Numbered from the stretch's first letter, positions 29,192 through 39,443 are shown. The stretch is DNA of 64,000 nucleotides from Archangium sp. (GCA_031367385.1 JANLPS010000027.1:1-64000); one strand, 5' to 3'. The notes: generated from the letters alone by a model not told the origin. Program-made: numbers and translations.

Positions 29192-30193
29192 CTAAAGCGT
29201 CGCGTACCCGAAGACTTCGATGAACTTCGAGAGCGGCAGGGTAACCGTGCCTTTGCCCTGGTCGGCCCCTGGGAGCGTGCTCGCGGTGGTGCCGTTGGGG
29301 TCTCGCAAGGTGACCGAGGGCACGCCGTTCGACTTCTCGAAGGCCATGATGGTGAACTCGTGGCCTTCTCGCAGGCCCACTTCGAGTACCTTGAGCCCAC
29401 CATTCGACCCCGCCGGCCATGTGGTGGCGGTCATTGGCCGGTTCGCTTTGATCGCCGCGCTGAGCTTCGCCTCGACCTGTTTCGGTGTCAGAAAGAGCAA
29501 AAGCTCGCCGTGCGCCTCCCGACCGGTCAGCTCGCGAATGAAGTTCTGCGATTGGCCGCCGTCAATGACCTGATACCCGCCCTTCCAGTCTGCGTAGGCC
29601 TTCTCGACGATTGACGGCCAGAGCTCTTTGGAGTCAGCGGCGCGTGCGTAGACACGGTCTTGGCCATCGAGCAGGGGCAGCTCGGCGGTCACGGTTCGAA
29701 AGATGGGCGTGCTCTTGCCGCCCTTGCCTCGCTCGAAGAACCTGACCGTAAAGGTGCCGTCGTCACTCTGCGTGATGGCGTCGCGAATGAGCTTGGGGTC
29801 GACGTTCGCTATGGCAGCGAGCGGGGCGAGAAGAAAACAGGTGCCCGCGCTGCCTTGAACGACGTCGGCTGCGCTGATGCCGTCGACGTAGAGAGCTCCG
29901 TCGACCACGGGCTGCCATTGAACGCCCAGCTTCGAGAGCTTCGGGTCGGGCGGCATACCCAGCTTCGCGCGCTGGTCGACCAGCGCCTGAAGGCGGTCGT
30001 TGAGGGCCTGCGCATTGTTCGTCAGGGGCGGGTTTTTGAGCGACGGTTGCCAGGGCTTGGCGACCGCGGGCCCGGTGTGAACCTCAGCCACGGGCAGGGT
30101 TTGGCGCTCCGCGGCCCCCGCGACTTCAGCGGTCGGGAGCCCGAACGGGGGTGGGGGCTTCGAGCCACTGGTGCGGTCGACCAATCGATTCAC
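29192..30193 (-). CDS. Calpain-like (C2) cysteine peptidase
   Basis: QGSAGTCFLLA, ELWPSIVEKAYA, GHEF, LRDPNG; GTG start at 30193 chosen, long upstream extension rejected. Confidence 0.85.
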   Translation of the reverse strand: MNRLVDRTSGSKPPPPFGLPTAEVAGAAERQTLPVAEVHTGPAVAKPWQPSLKNPPLTNNAQALNDRLQALVDQRAKLGMPPDPKLSKLGVQWQPVVDGALYVDGISAADVVQGSAGTCFLLAPLAAIANVDPKLIRDAITQSDDGTFTVRFFERGKGGKSTPIFRTVTAELPLLDGQDRVYARAADSKELWPSIVEKAYADWKGGYQVIDGGQSQNFIRELTGREAHGELLLFLTPKQVEAKLSAAIKANRPMTATTWPAGSNGGLKVLEVGLREGHEFTIMAFEKSNGVPSVTLRDPNGTTASTLPGADQGKGTVTLPLSKFIEVFGYATL

Positions 30194-30354
30194 TCCCTTG
30201 TACTGCGCTAAAGTGTGACACCCCGAGGTCTTCAAAGCGCAAGAAAACAGGCAAGGCTTGGTCGCCCACATGGCAAGGGCCAAGGTGCGCACCCTGAAAC
30301 TCGCCCTGGCATGTACCAGTGTTGGCGCGTGAATGTTCAGCACTGCACCAGCCG

Positions 30355-31932
30355 CTATGGGCCCTTCGGTACCCGCAGCTCGAGGGTCGTCGTCGCGCCG
30401 AGATAGCCGATCGTCAACGTGGTGCTGCGAGAGGCGCTCATGGTCGACGCGGCACACAGATGCAGCGGCTGACTCTTGGCTGCGTCAACCAGAGGCACGA
30501 TGGCCAACGGAGGAGATGTGACCGACACCATGCCTTCGACTTGTGTCAGCACCGCTTCGCTGCCTCCGGGCGGAGTCGCCCAAAGCGCGATGTCGCGACA
30601 CTCACCCGCTGACATCGTCACTTGGGCCGGGTCTGCACGCAGGGCAAGGGGGGCTCCAACGGGGTACGGCACCCGAATGAGCACCGGTATCGAGAGGCCC
30701 TGTGCCGAGAAAACGTGCAAGCCCACGCCGGGAGCGCCCGCGCGCACATGCCCCTCGGCCGAGGCGACATAGGCCAGCGGCCGTTCGAGCACCGTATGCG
30801 GCACTTGTGAGAGCGAGAGCCACTCGAAGTACGGCTGCTCAGTGCCATGTCGCGCGGCCAGCCAGGCTTGCGTCGTGCTCCCGGCGGTGGTTCCTGAAAA
30901 ATTGAGCACCGAGACCTTGGCTGGCCCGAGCGCCAACACACTGGCCTGCGTCACAGAGCCTTCTGCGGCCAGAGACTCGACCGGGCCCTCTTCGTGAGAG
31001 GCCCGCGAGGTGATGGGGCCTTCAGAGACGAGACGCAACGCAACCGCGGGTGACTCCACCACGAATGACGCCGCGACTGACGTCGATGCCGCCGCAGAGA
31101 ATGAAGTGACGATGATGACGTCGCCTGGCACTGGCGAGCTCACGACGCCATCGCTTGTCACGGAGGCGCTCCCGCTCGTTGCGTAAGTCACCCGACTTGG
31201 GTCGAGAGCGAAGCGTGCGGTGCCCGGGTGACCGTCAAGTGTGACGAGGTACGCGCTGACGATGCGGGCGGCTCCTGAGACCGGAGCGACCGCAGGGGCC
31301 GGCGGGCCCCCACTCGAATCGAAGGCGCTGAACGCTGCGTTGACCGCCTGTGAAGTAAAAATGAACCCCGGCCGGGCCCACGGCCCCTCTTGCAGGGTGA
31401 AGGCACGTAAACGCGCTTGCCCCACCGGTGCCAGTGCGGTGACGACCACGCTGTCGTCGAGCGTAAAGCCCTCGCTGGTTTGAAGGGTCACATGCACTTG
31501 GACTGAGGTGGCTCGACTCGCGGTGAGCTCGGTCACCCCGTCATGCGTGCGGAGGACAACGCTGCCATCGTCGGGCGCCACGCGCCACTGTGCATGTGCC
31601 GACGTCGCGGCCGAGGGCACCTCCGCGGAGCCATCGCTGAAACGACCGAACATCGAGAAGGTCACTGGCAAACCAATCGGCACGAGGCATTCGCCGCGGG
31701 GCCCCTTGGGGCAGCTCTCGGCGAGAAACACCGAGGTGTACGGGGTCTGAATCTGAGGCAGAGTGCCCGCATCGTCGGTGAACATGCCCGCGTCTGAAGA
31801 GCCGCTGCTGGGGCCCGCGTCAGCCGTGGGCACGAGGCAGGCGCGGTGATCTCCACCCGCCGGGCATTGGGCCCGAGGCCCACACGCGGCAAGGAAAAAA
31901 CCAAGCACACAACAGACCCCGGTAGCTCGCAT
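30355..31932 (-). CDS. Lipoprotein with Ig-like beta-sandwich domains
   Basis: Lipobox LAAC, DAG linker, beta-rich repeats. Confidence 0.7.
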   Translation of the reverse strand: MRATGVCCVLGFFLAACGPRAQCPAGGDHRACLVPTADAGPSSGSSDAGMFTDDAGTLPQIQTPYTSVFLAESCPKGPRGECLVPIGLPVTFSMFGRFSDGSAEVPSAATSAHAQWRVAPDDGSVVLRTHDGVTELTASRATSVQVHVTLQTSEGFTLDDSVVVTALAPVGQARLRAFTLQEGPWARPGFIFTSQAVNAAFSAFDSSGGPPAPAVAPVSGAARIVSAYLVTLDGHPGTARFALDPSRVTYATSGSASVTSDGVVSSPVPGDVIIVTSFSAAASTSVAASFVVESPAVALRLVSEGPITSRASHEEGPVESLAAEGSVTQASVLALGPAKVSVLNFSGTTAGSTTQAWLAARHGTEQPYFEWLSLSQVPHTVLERPLAYVASAEGHVRAGAPGVGLHVFSAQGLSIPVLIRVPYPVGAPLALRADPAQVTMSAGECRDIALWATPPGGSEAVLTQVEGMVSVTSPPLAIVPLVDAAKSQPLHLCAASTMSASRSTTLTIGYLGATTTLELRVPKGP

Positions 31933-32129
31933 CGTGCGGGTATATCCGGAAACGGTGGGCGATCACCTGGCCATCGCCTGCCACAGGCCTGGGCCCGGGG
32001 CACGCTGGGGCTCAGGGGTGACAGACGCAGGTTTCGTCGGTGGCGAGGCCGATGGCCCTCTGTCTTCACGCGCAACGCAGACGCTTGGGCGTGGCTCGGC
32101 TCCCGCGCGTTGTGGCCTCGGGCCCGCAG

Positions 32130-35100
32130 CTATTTCTTCTCGACCAGCAGGTCGCGGCCCTGCACCAGGTCGACCTCCCCGGCGAATTGGCCGAACGCGT
32201 CGTACTTCGCGGGCACGATTCGCGCCTGCGGCACCAGCAGCGTCTCGTCGATGGTCAGCACATTTTCTTTTTGGGTCTCAGCGCGCACGAAGGTGCCCAC
32301 CGGCCCCGCGAGGCTCACCTGCGGCACCGGCCCCGAGAGCACCCAGCCCTTGGGCAAGGTCATCACCGTGGTGGTGTGGGTGGCCTCGGTCGCGGGCAGA
32401 AACAGCGGGGTGCGCCGGCTGCTCAGCATCAGGTATCGCCTCCCCAGCAGCGCCGGGTAGGTCAGCGACGAGACGATCATACGCGAGTCGCCCTCGAGGC
32501 GGCCGAAGCGGTGGGCGGTGAACTTGTACGTGACCTTCACCGTCGCGCCGACCTCACGCTTGGCCTCGACCTCGATGCCCTGCATGTCGGCGCCGCCGAA
32601 GTAGCGCGAGAGGGCTTGCTGCAAGGCCTGGTCGCGTTGATCAGGCGAGAGGCTCTCGAGCCCCTCGGCGAGCTGCGCTGCTTCGAAGCCGGTGTAGGTC
32701 TCTTCGCCGGTGCCGCTGAGCACGCCGTCTTCAGCGAGCGTGAGGGTGAGCTTCACGTTCTTGCCCGGCCGGTTGATCGCCGGCGGAGTCTTCACCTTCT
32801 CGAGCGGTTTGCCCGGCTCGGGAAAGAGGTAGGCCTCGCGCTCGCCCATCGCGAACTCGGGCAGCTCTCCGAAGGGCGCATAGCGAACGAGCGCGTCGAG
32901 CCAGATGGGCGCTTGCTCGGGCAGGGTGACTCGCAGGCACACGTACGGCAGCAGCGCCTCGGCGGGGAAAAGATAGCCCGCCGGGTCTGAGGTGAACGCC
33001 CGCACCGCCACCAACCGCGCGTCGAAGCCCAGCGCCGCGAGCGACGATTTGAGCAACCAGGTTCGGCTGCCCCGGTCTTGCGTGACGCTCGCCGCAGCGG
33101 GAAAGGTGAGGCCCGAATCGCGCCCCGACAGCTTGGTCATCACCGCGGCGTACACGGCCTTCACCGCGTCGACGCCGGTCTTGTCACCGGCCGCCGTGCG
33201 AGCGAACTGCTCGACCTCGTGGGTGATGAGGCCCTTGTCGATGAATGCGTCACTGTAGGCGGTGACCAGGCCCTCGTTGCCTTGCTGGCCCGCGCCGACG
33301 CTCACGAAGGGCAGAAACTCGTTGCCGCTCACCGGGCCGCTCGGCTCGGGTATGTAGGGGCGCACCCGGCGCTCTTCGTGAAAGTACACTTCGTCTTCGG
33401 CGTTCACCTTGGGCGGCGGTGACTCCATGTTGTGCGCGTCGACTTTCATGCCCGCGCCCTTCGGAGCGATGACCGTGTAGGTGCTCCAGTTGTTCGGCTG
33501 CCCAGCGACTTGAAAGTAGAAGCTCGATGAGGTGAAGCCGGGTTGCCCCGGGCCGCGTGAGGGGTGCGCCAGCAGGTACTCGTATTCGACGAGGTCGCCG
33601 ACCTGCACGCCGGGCATGCTGATGGTCTCTTTGCCCTCGATGCCTTCGGGCTCTTGCACGCTGCCGTCGGGCTTGAGCGTGCGCAGCTTGAGCACCTGGG
33701 CGCCCTCGGGCAGGTTCACTTCGGCGATCTCCTGAACGCCTTGCTGGTCGAGCGCCTTTTCGATGATGTGAATGCGGTCGACCTGGCTGCCATCGGGGTA
33801 GGCGCGAATCGCCGCCGCGTCGAGCAGAAAGGCCGCGTTCGCCTCTTCATTGCCGGGGGCCGCTTCGTAGGCCTTGAGCGCGTCTTGGGTCGAGATGGCG
33901 TACTCGGCGAGTGGCTCTTTGCCGGTCTTGGCCCTCGAGAGTGAGCGGCGCAGCGTGAGGTCGCTGCCGTCGAGCAACAGCGCGCTCTCACGCGCCGCCA
34001 TCGCTTCGGCGTCGCGACCGGCCAGCTCGAGCACGTCGCCCAATTGCTTGGCCAGGTTCGGGTTTCGCGGCCATTGCGCGCGCACGCTCTGCAACACCTT
34101 CACTGCGTCGTCGAACTTCTGCTGCGCCACCAGCAGCTTGACCAGCGACGAGGCGATGACCACCTGGCTTTGATCTCGGTCGAGCAGCTGGCGCCAGGCG
34201 CTCGAGGCCAGGGCCAGATTGCCGCGGGCTCGCTGGTGATCTGCCGTTCGCGCCAGCGCGGCGGAGCAGGTGCTTGTCGCCTTGAGCAAAGAGTCTGCAT
34301 CAGCGACCGCGTCACGGCGGCGCGCCACGTCGTACTGCAACACGAGTGACTCGCAGCTGCCCTGGTAGGCCTTCTCGGCCTCGCGCGCGGTGATGACCGC
34401 CTGGGCATCGAGCCCCAGCGCCAGCTCGACCCGCGCCTGCAACTGCAGCAGCGCCGCGTTCGGCGACTTCTCGCTCGCCCGGGCGGTCTTGACGATGCCC
34501 AGCGCGTCGAGCTGCCGGCCGTCGTCGAGGGCCAGCTGCGCGGTCAACAGCCGGGCCTGAATGAAGCCCGGGTCTTTCGCCAACGCTGCTTCGAGATCTC
34601 GCGTCGCGCGGCCCCGGGCCACCTTGGCGAGCATGGTGCGGTCTTGCAGCGCCATCTCAGCGCGCAGCACCTGCACCATCGGCGCGTTCACGGTCGGGGG
34701 CAGGGCGTTCATCATGCGCCAGGCGCCATCGCGGTGCCGGCCGAGCGAGTCGCGCGCGGCGATGAAGCGCGCCAGGGCTTCGCCACCCTCGTCGAAGAGC
34801 TCGCGGTAGACCGCCGGGGCCCCGTCGCGCACCGGCTCACGGTCAGGCAGCTCGAGCCCCGACCACTTGGGCGCCGGCCCTTGCGCGGGCTCGAAGGTCA
34901 CCCTCGAGGGCTGCCCGTCGACCCGCACCAGCCCGATGGTCAGAAACCCCAGCGCTTCTTCTTTCGTCATTCGCACCATCAGGCGGTGCTGCCCCGCGGG
35001 CAACTCGAAGTCGCGCACCAGCAGCGTCGGGGCCGGGTGCTGCCAGGTCAGCCGCTCGATGACGACCGTGCCGTCGATGGTGACGACGTGGTCCATCGAG

Positions 35101-35891
35101 CTGGTCGAGCGCACCTCGTACCTGCCGCCCTGCGTGACCGTGGCGTCGACGGCGAGCACGTAGACGTCGCCGGTGGTGGGCTCTCCGCCCAGTGAGAAAC
35201 GGCCGTCGGCGAAGCGAATGGTGCGCGGTTGCAGCTCGCCAAACGGCCCTCGGCCCAACGCGCTCATCGAGCCGGTGGTCTCAGGCGCCGTGCGCTCACC
35301 CGCCGACAGCACGTGCCACGCCGAGAAAGGCCCGACCAACGTCGCGGCGGTCGGCACGCCCATGTCGAGCACGGTCTGCGCGTGGCGAGGCAGATCATGT
35401 CGCGCCTGGTAAATCGTCGCCAGCGACGACCGGAGCAGCTGCGCGGCTTCAGTCAGCAGGCCCTTCTCGAGCATCGCCGGCACCCGGTCGATGATCAGCT
35501 GATCAGTCGAGGCCGCGTTGCCTGCGACTTCGAGCACCACGCGGGCCGCCGGAGCCGAGAGCGGGTGCCGCGGGTTTCGCTCGCACAGGTCGAGCGCCGC
35601 CCCCAAGGCTCGCTGAGGTGAAGCGCTGCGCAGCGCCAGCATCGCTTGCCCATAGAGCGCCCAGGGCTCGGCGGCCGAGCGCTCGAGCGACGAGTCGAAG
35701 CGGGCCCGGGCCTCGTCGGCGTTGCCGGTCAACAGCAGCGCGTGCCAGCCCGCCAAGGCCAGGGTTCGAGAGTCTGCGTTCGGTTGCGCAGCGGCCTCGT
35801 TGGCCTGGTCGAGCACCTCGGTCGGCGGCACCACCCGTCGCACGCAGCCAGACAGCACCAACACCACAGCCACTGTGAAAAAACGTCGCAT
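32130..35891 (-). CDS. TPR-repeat lipoprotein with DUF3857/transglutaminase-like C-terminal region
   Basis: Lipobox LSGC, long TPR array, LRTLKPDG...VQVGDLVEYEY. Confidence 0.88.
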   Translation of the reverse strand: MRRFFTVAVVLVLSGCVRRVVPPTEVLDQANEAAAQPNADSRTLALAGWHALLLTGNADEARARFDSSLERSAAEPWALYGQAMLALRSASPQRALGAALDLCERNPRHPLSAPAARVVLEVAGNAASTDQLIIDRVPAMLEKGLLTEAAQLLRSSLATIYQARHDLPRHAQTVLDMGVPTAATLVGPFSAWHVLSAGERTAPETTGSMSALGRGPFGELQPRTIRFADGRFSLGGEPTTGDVYVLAVDATVTQGGRYEVRSTSSMDHVVTIDGTVVIERLTWQHPAPTLLVRDFELPAGQHRLMVRMTKEEALGFLTIGLVRVDGQPSRVTFEPAQGPAPKWSGLELPDREPVRDGAPAVYRELFDEGGEALARFIAARDSLGRHRDGAWRMMNALPPTVNAPMVQVLRAEMALQDRTMLAKVARGRATRDLEAALAKDPGFIQARLLTAQLALDDGRQLDALGIVKTARASEKSPNAALLQLQARVELALGLDAQAVITAREAEKAYQGSCESLVLQYDVARRRDAVADADSLLKATSTCSAALARTADHQRARGNLALASSAWRQLLDRDQSQVVIASSLVKLLVAQQKFDDAVKVLQSVRAQWPRNPNLAKQLGDVLELAGRDAEAMAARESALLLDGSDLTLRRSLSRAKTGKEPLAEYAISTQDALKAYEAAPGNEEANAAFLLDAAAIRAYPDGSQVDRIHIIEKALDQQGVQEIAEVNLPEGAQVLKLRTLKPDGSVQEPEGIEGKETISMPGVQVGDLVEYEYLLAHPSRGPGQPGFTSSSFYFQVAGQPNNWSTYTVIAPKGAGMKVDAHNMESPPPKVNAEDEVYFHEERRVRPYIPEPSGPVSGNEFLPFVSVGAGQQGNEGLVTAYSDAFIDKGLITHEVEQFARTAAGDKTGVDAVKAVYAAVMTKLSGRDSGLTFPAAASVTQDRGSRTWLLKSSLAALGFDARLVAVRAFTSDPAGYLFPAEALLPYVCLRVTLPEQAPIWLDALVRYAPFGELPEFAMGEREAYLFPEPGKPLEKVKTPPAINRPGKNVKLTLTLAEDGVLSGTGEETYTGFEAAQLAEGLESLSPDQRDQALQQALSRYFGGADMQGIEVEAKREVGATVKVTYKFTAHRFGRLEGDSRMIVSSLTYPALLGRRYLMLSSRRTPLFLPATEATHTTTVMTLPKGWVLSGPVPQVSLAGPVGTFVRAETQKENVLTIDETLLVPQARIVPAKYDAFGQFAGEVDLVQGRDLLVEKK

Positions 35892-36179
35892 GTCGAGCGG
35901 TGGACATACTCTCGGCCGCCCAGGCTGGCGACGCTTACTTGGCTCGACGAACGCTTGTTCACAGACTGCGGCGATCGCCGCACCCAGCGCATTTCACCTG
36001 GCGGCGTTGACGGCGGTTCGGCTGAGATCACCTCGAAGCCAAGAGCCGAGCTGCACCGAGCGGAGAGCCAGCTCAGGCTCGGACCGGCGTTCTTCCGTGA
36101 AACTAGGCAATGAATTCATGAGGTTAAAAAGCAAAGAAGACACGCAACTCTCATTCTTGGTTTTCGATAACTTAGGACT

Positions 36180-37196
36180 ATGGCGAACAACAACATTACC
36201 GGCGCTCGCGCCAATTCAATCACGTCGCTCCCTGTTCAAGATGACTCCCTCGTTGCGCCTGACCCGCAGCCAGTGGTCGTGGGCTCGGGGCACCCGGGCG
36301 CCAGCTCGCTCGACCCGAAATCAAAACCGGTGGCCACCGCGACCATCGCCGGGGCGACGCCGATCTCCGCCAACGCAGTGAAGGTCACGGGCACCGCGCT
36401 CACCGCTGGCGCGGCCACCGAGGCCGCCCGCAATGAATCCTCCAAGCTGACGACGCATGGCAAGAACATTGCGGGCGTCGGCAAGTCGGTTCACGGCATC
36501 GCGAAGAAAGTGGCGGGCGCCGCAGACGACGAGGCCACAACGACCGACCGCATGCAAGATGCCGCCGGCGCCTTGAAAGACACCGCGAAGATGGTCAGTG
36601 GTTCGACCAAGCTCACCGACAACCTTTCGGCCAAGACCATCAGGAACCTGAAGGTCGGCGGGTATGGCGCGGGAGCGGTCGCTGGAGCCTTCAATGTCTA
36701 CACGAACGCGGGCGAGCTGCGCGAGAACCTCGGCAAAGCGTTCGACGGTGACCCGAAGGCGATCGCCGACTCTTTCAACAACACCGCGCAGATCATCAGC
36801 GGCAGCGCCCGAGTCGTCACCGACGTGGCCGACGGGGCGAAGCTCCTGCGGGTCGGCGGAGCCGCCGCTGTGGTTGCCGGGAAGTCGGTCGTCGGGGTGG
36901 CGCTGAAGGCAGCGCCCATTGTCGGCGCGGCGATCGGCACCGCCAAGGCCACCATCGACATGTTCAAAGACCCGTCGGTCGAGAACGGTCTGAAGTTGGC
37001 TGCGAACGCGATCGGCCTCATCCCCCTCCCCGGGATGTCGGCGGTCTCGATGGCCGCGGCCGCGGCGCTCGAGAACCCCAAGGTCATGGCCGCCACCGCA
37101 GGCGCGGTTCGGTCAGCCGGCAAGTGGGCCTCGGGCGTGGCCGACCGCATGGCCGCCAACGCCGCCACGATGGAACCTCTGGGCCTCGCGATGTAA
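36180..37196 (+). CDS. Ala/Gly-rich hypothetical protein with hydrophobic C-terminal helices
   Basis: 338-aa ORF, no signal peptide, low-complexity N-terminus. Confidence 0.75.
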   Translation: MANNNITGARANSITSLPVQDDSLVAPDPQPVVVGSGHPGASSLDPKSKPVATATIAGATPISANAVKVTGTALTAGAATEAARNESSKLTTHGKNIAGVGKSVHGIAKKVAGAADDEATTTDRMQDAAGALKDTAKMVSGSTKLTDNLSAKTIRNLKVGGYGAGAVAGAFNVYTNAGELRENLGKAFDGDPKAIADSFNNTAQIISGSARVVTDVADGAKLLRVGGAAAVVAGKSVVGVALKAAPIVGAAIGTAKATIDMFKDPSVENGLKLAANAIGLIPLPGMSAVSMAAAAALENPKVMAATAGAVRSAGKWASGVADRMAANAATMEPLGLAM

Positions 37197-37202
37197 GACA
37201 AC

Positions 37203-38210
37203 GTGGTGAATCCACTCTCGCTGACTCCGGTGCCGTTGCCCAAGGTCGAGGCTCCTTCCATCGACGGGCTCATTTTGAAGGTCCCAGCGGCGAAGGTGCC
37301 GACGCCTGACGACGTCATGGCGCGCCTCGAAGAGCATCGCCGTGCCCATGCCGTCGCGACCCAGAAAAAAACCGGCGACGCCATCGGCCCCTTCGACGAG
37401 GTGTGCGTCGACCTGATCGGGTACGCCAACGGCAAGCTCGTGCCCGGCTCGGCGCAGTTCGGGCTCTGGGTGCGCATCGACAGACCTTTGAGCTTTCCTG
37501 AGCTTGCCGCCGCGCTGAAGCTGGCCACTGTGGGTGACGGGCTCAAGGTGAACCTGACGTTGCCCGAGAGCTTCTTCATTCCCGCGCTCCGCAACACGCC
37601 GGCCGTCTACTTGATGGACGTGAAGGAGGCGCAGCACCTCAAGTTGCCCAAGCTCGACGACCCGGGCTTCTTGGCAAAAATCGGCGGGGCGAAAACCCTG
37701 CCCGAGGCGCTCAACAAAATCGCCGAAGAGCTGGGTGCGCAGTTCGCGGTCGCAGCCACCTTCCGCGCGCTCCACGTCGCCATTGAGTCGGTCGCTGCCC
37801 GGGCCGAAGTGCAGCTCTCCCCCAAGCTCCTCCAGCAAGAGCTGTGGAACGTGTGGCGCGAGGTCGAAGGGAAAGCGCTCTCAGAACATGGCCTCCTCGG
37901 TCAAGAGCAAGTCGACTCCTTTGAGAATTGGAAAGACGACCCCAAGGCAGTCGCCGACGTCGAGCGCCGGTTGCGCAACACCATCGTGATGATGGCCGTT
38001 GCCAAGGCCCACGAGGCCGAGCTTACCCACGAGCGGCTCGTCGAAACGGCCGTGCGCTGGGTCTCGGTCTTGGGCATCTCCGAGGAGAAACTCGCGGAGT
38101 TCAAGCACCAGGACGACGCGACCAAGTCTCAGACTGGTGCGCTGCTGATGGAGATCGCCGCGGCTGAGCTGGTGCTCGAGCGCTCGACCCTCTCGTGGGT
38201 CACCGCGTAG
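37203..38210 (+). CDS. Trigger-factor-like protein (divergent FKBP plus helical domain)
   Basis: DEVCVDLIGYANGKLVPGS, LPKLDDPGFL, TLPEAL; ribosome-binding GFRxG motif not seen. Confidence 0.6.
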   Translation: MVNPLSLTPVPLPKVEAPSIDGLILKVPAAKVPTPDDVMARLEEHRRAHAVATQKKTGDAIGPFDEVCVDLIGYANGKLVPGSAQFGLWVRIDRPLSFPELAAALKLATVGDGLKVNLTLPESFFIPALRNTPAVYLMDVKEAQHLKLPKLDDPGFLAKIGGAKTLPEALNKIAEELGAQFAVAATFRALHVAIESVAARAEVQLSPKLLQQELWNVWREVEGKALSEHGLLGQEQVDSFENWKDDPKAVADVERRLRNTIVMMAVAKAHEAELTHERLVETAVRWVSVLGISEEKLAEFKHQDDATKSQTGALLMEIAAAELVLERSTLSWVTA

Positions 38211-38270
38211 CGCTGCTTTGAAGCTGCTCGCTTGTTTGGAGCCCGCAGAAATCGACGCTACGGTGACCCG

Positions 38271-38843
38271 ATGATTCGGCGATTTCTCAGGCTGCGGTGG
38301 TGGGTGCAGCTCGCGATCATCGCGCTCACGCCCCTGGCTGCGATCAACGGCGCGGTTGTGTTTTTCGGCAATTCGTACGTCTTTCCCTTTTCTCCTTTCT
38401 ACTTGAGCGAAAAGCTCTCTGCGTTGCGGCAGTACGCGATGCACCGGCCACTGTGCCTGTTCTCGGGGCACCCAGACCTGGGGCCGCTGGTGAGGGCCGC
38501 TGAGAAGAAGCACGGCCTGCCACCCGGGTTGATGCAGGCCATCGTCGACGTCGAGTCGGGCAGCCACGCCCACCGCATCTCGTACGCCGGCGCGATGGGG
38601 CCCGCGCAGCTAATGCCCTCGACCGCTGAGCTGCTCGGCGTGCGCGACCCCTTCGAGCCCTCGCAGGCCATCGACGGAGGCGCGCGGTACCTGGCCACCC
38701 AGCTCGCCCACACCCATGACGTGCGGTTGGCGGTTGCCTCGTACAACGCGGGCCCTGGCAACGTGCGCGGGTTCGTGCCCCGCAACGGGCAGACCGAGTA
38801 CTACGTCGCCGCGGTGATGGAGCGGCTCCACCGCAAAGACTGA
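38271..38843 (+). CDS. Lytic transglycosylase (SLT domain)
   Basis: VES, GAMGPAQLMPST, GARYL, ASYNAG. Confidence 0.92.
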   Translation: MIRRFLRLRWWVQLAIIALTPLAAINGAVVFFGNSYVFPFSPFYLSEKLSALRQYAMHRPLCLFSGHPDLGPLVRAAEKKHGLPPGLMQAIVDVESGSHAHRISYAGAMGPAQLMPSTAELLGVRDPFEPSQAIDGGARYLATQLAHTHDVRLAVASYNAGPGNVRGFVPRNGQTEYYVAAVMERLHRKD

Positions 38844-38847
38844 CCCC

Positions 38848-39318
38848 TCACGGGTTGTGCGGAGGCTGCTCGCGCACCAGCTCGCCCAGCAGTTTCTTGA
38901 GCGCGTCGTTCTCAGCGGCGCCCAGGTCGAGAAAGCTGATGCCGACGCCCTCTTTGCCCTTGACCCACCGCACCTGCGCCTTGAATTTCGAGCCCACCGG
39001 CAACCGGCCAGTGAGCCTCACTTCGACCTTCAGGTCGGCGAACTTCTCGAGCGCAAGCGAGGTCTTCAAGAAGCCTCCGCCGGCGCCGATGTTGGTGAGC
39101 ACCCCGGTGCCAGTGGCCGCCGCGGTCTGCACGCTGACCGAGAGGTAGCACTGAAAACGGTCGGTCGTTCTGCGAGAGGCCAAAATGTCGGCCATCTGCT
39201 TGAGCACCGTGGCCCGCTCAGTGAGCGTCGCCGCGTCGCTCTTGCCATTGATGGCCTCGAGACGCCGCACCAACCCTGCATATTCGTCGTCACCCGCGCT
39301 CCGCGTCTTCGTCTCCAT
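38848..39318 (-). CDS. PilZ-domain protein
   Basis: RRTTDR, NIGAGG, VRW...GVGISF. Confidence 0.85.
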   Translation of the reverse strand: METKTRSAGDDEYAGLVRRLEAINGKSDAATLTERATVLKQMADILASRRTTDRFQCYLSVSVQTAAATGTGVLTNIGAGGGFLKTSLALEKFADLKVEVRLTGRLPVGSKFKAQVRWVKGKEGVGISFLDLGAAENDALKKLLGELVREQPPHNP

Positions 39319-39400
39319 GGCCCTCGATGAGACCAAATCAGCCCCCGCCTCGGCAAGGCGCCGTAACACCCACAGGTGGGTCTGACTCGGCTGGTGGGTG

Positions 39401-39426
39401 AATTGTATTGCGAACAATTGAATTGC
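39401..39426. promoter_or_regulatory. OhrR operator
   Basis: AATTGT-N7-ACAATT overlapping ACAATT-G-AATTGC, just upstream of ohrR. Confidence 0.7.
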
Positions 39427-39443
39427 TCGATTTTGAAGTCGCG

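Noticed and set aside
35892..36119. Upstream in-frame extension of the DUF3857 gene across a TGA (selenocysteine or read-through)
   Set aside because: The gene has a proper lipoprotein signal at 35891, and the upstream peptide is not protein-like.
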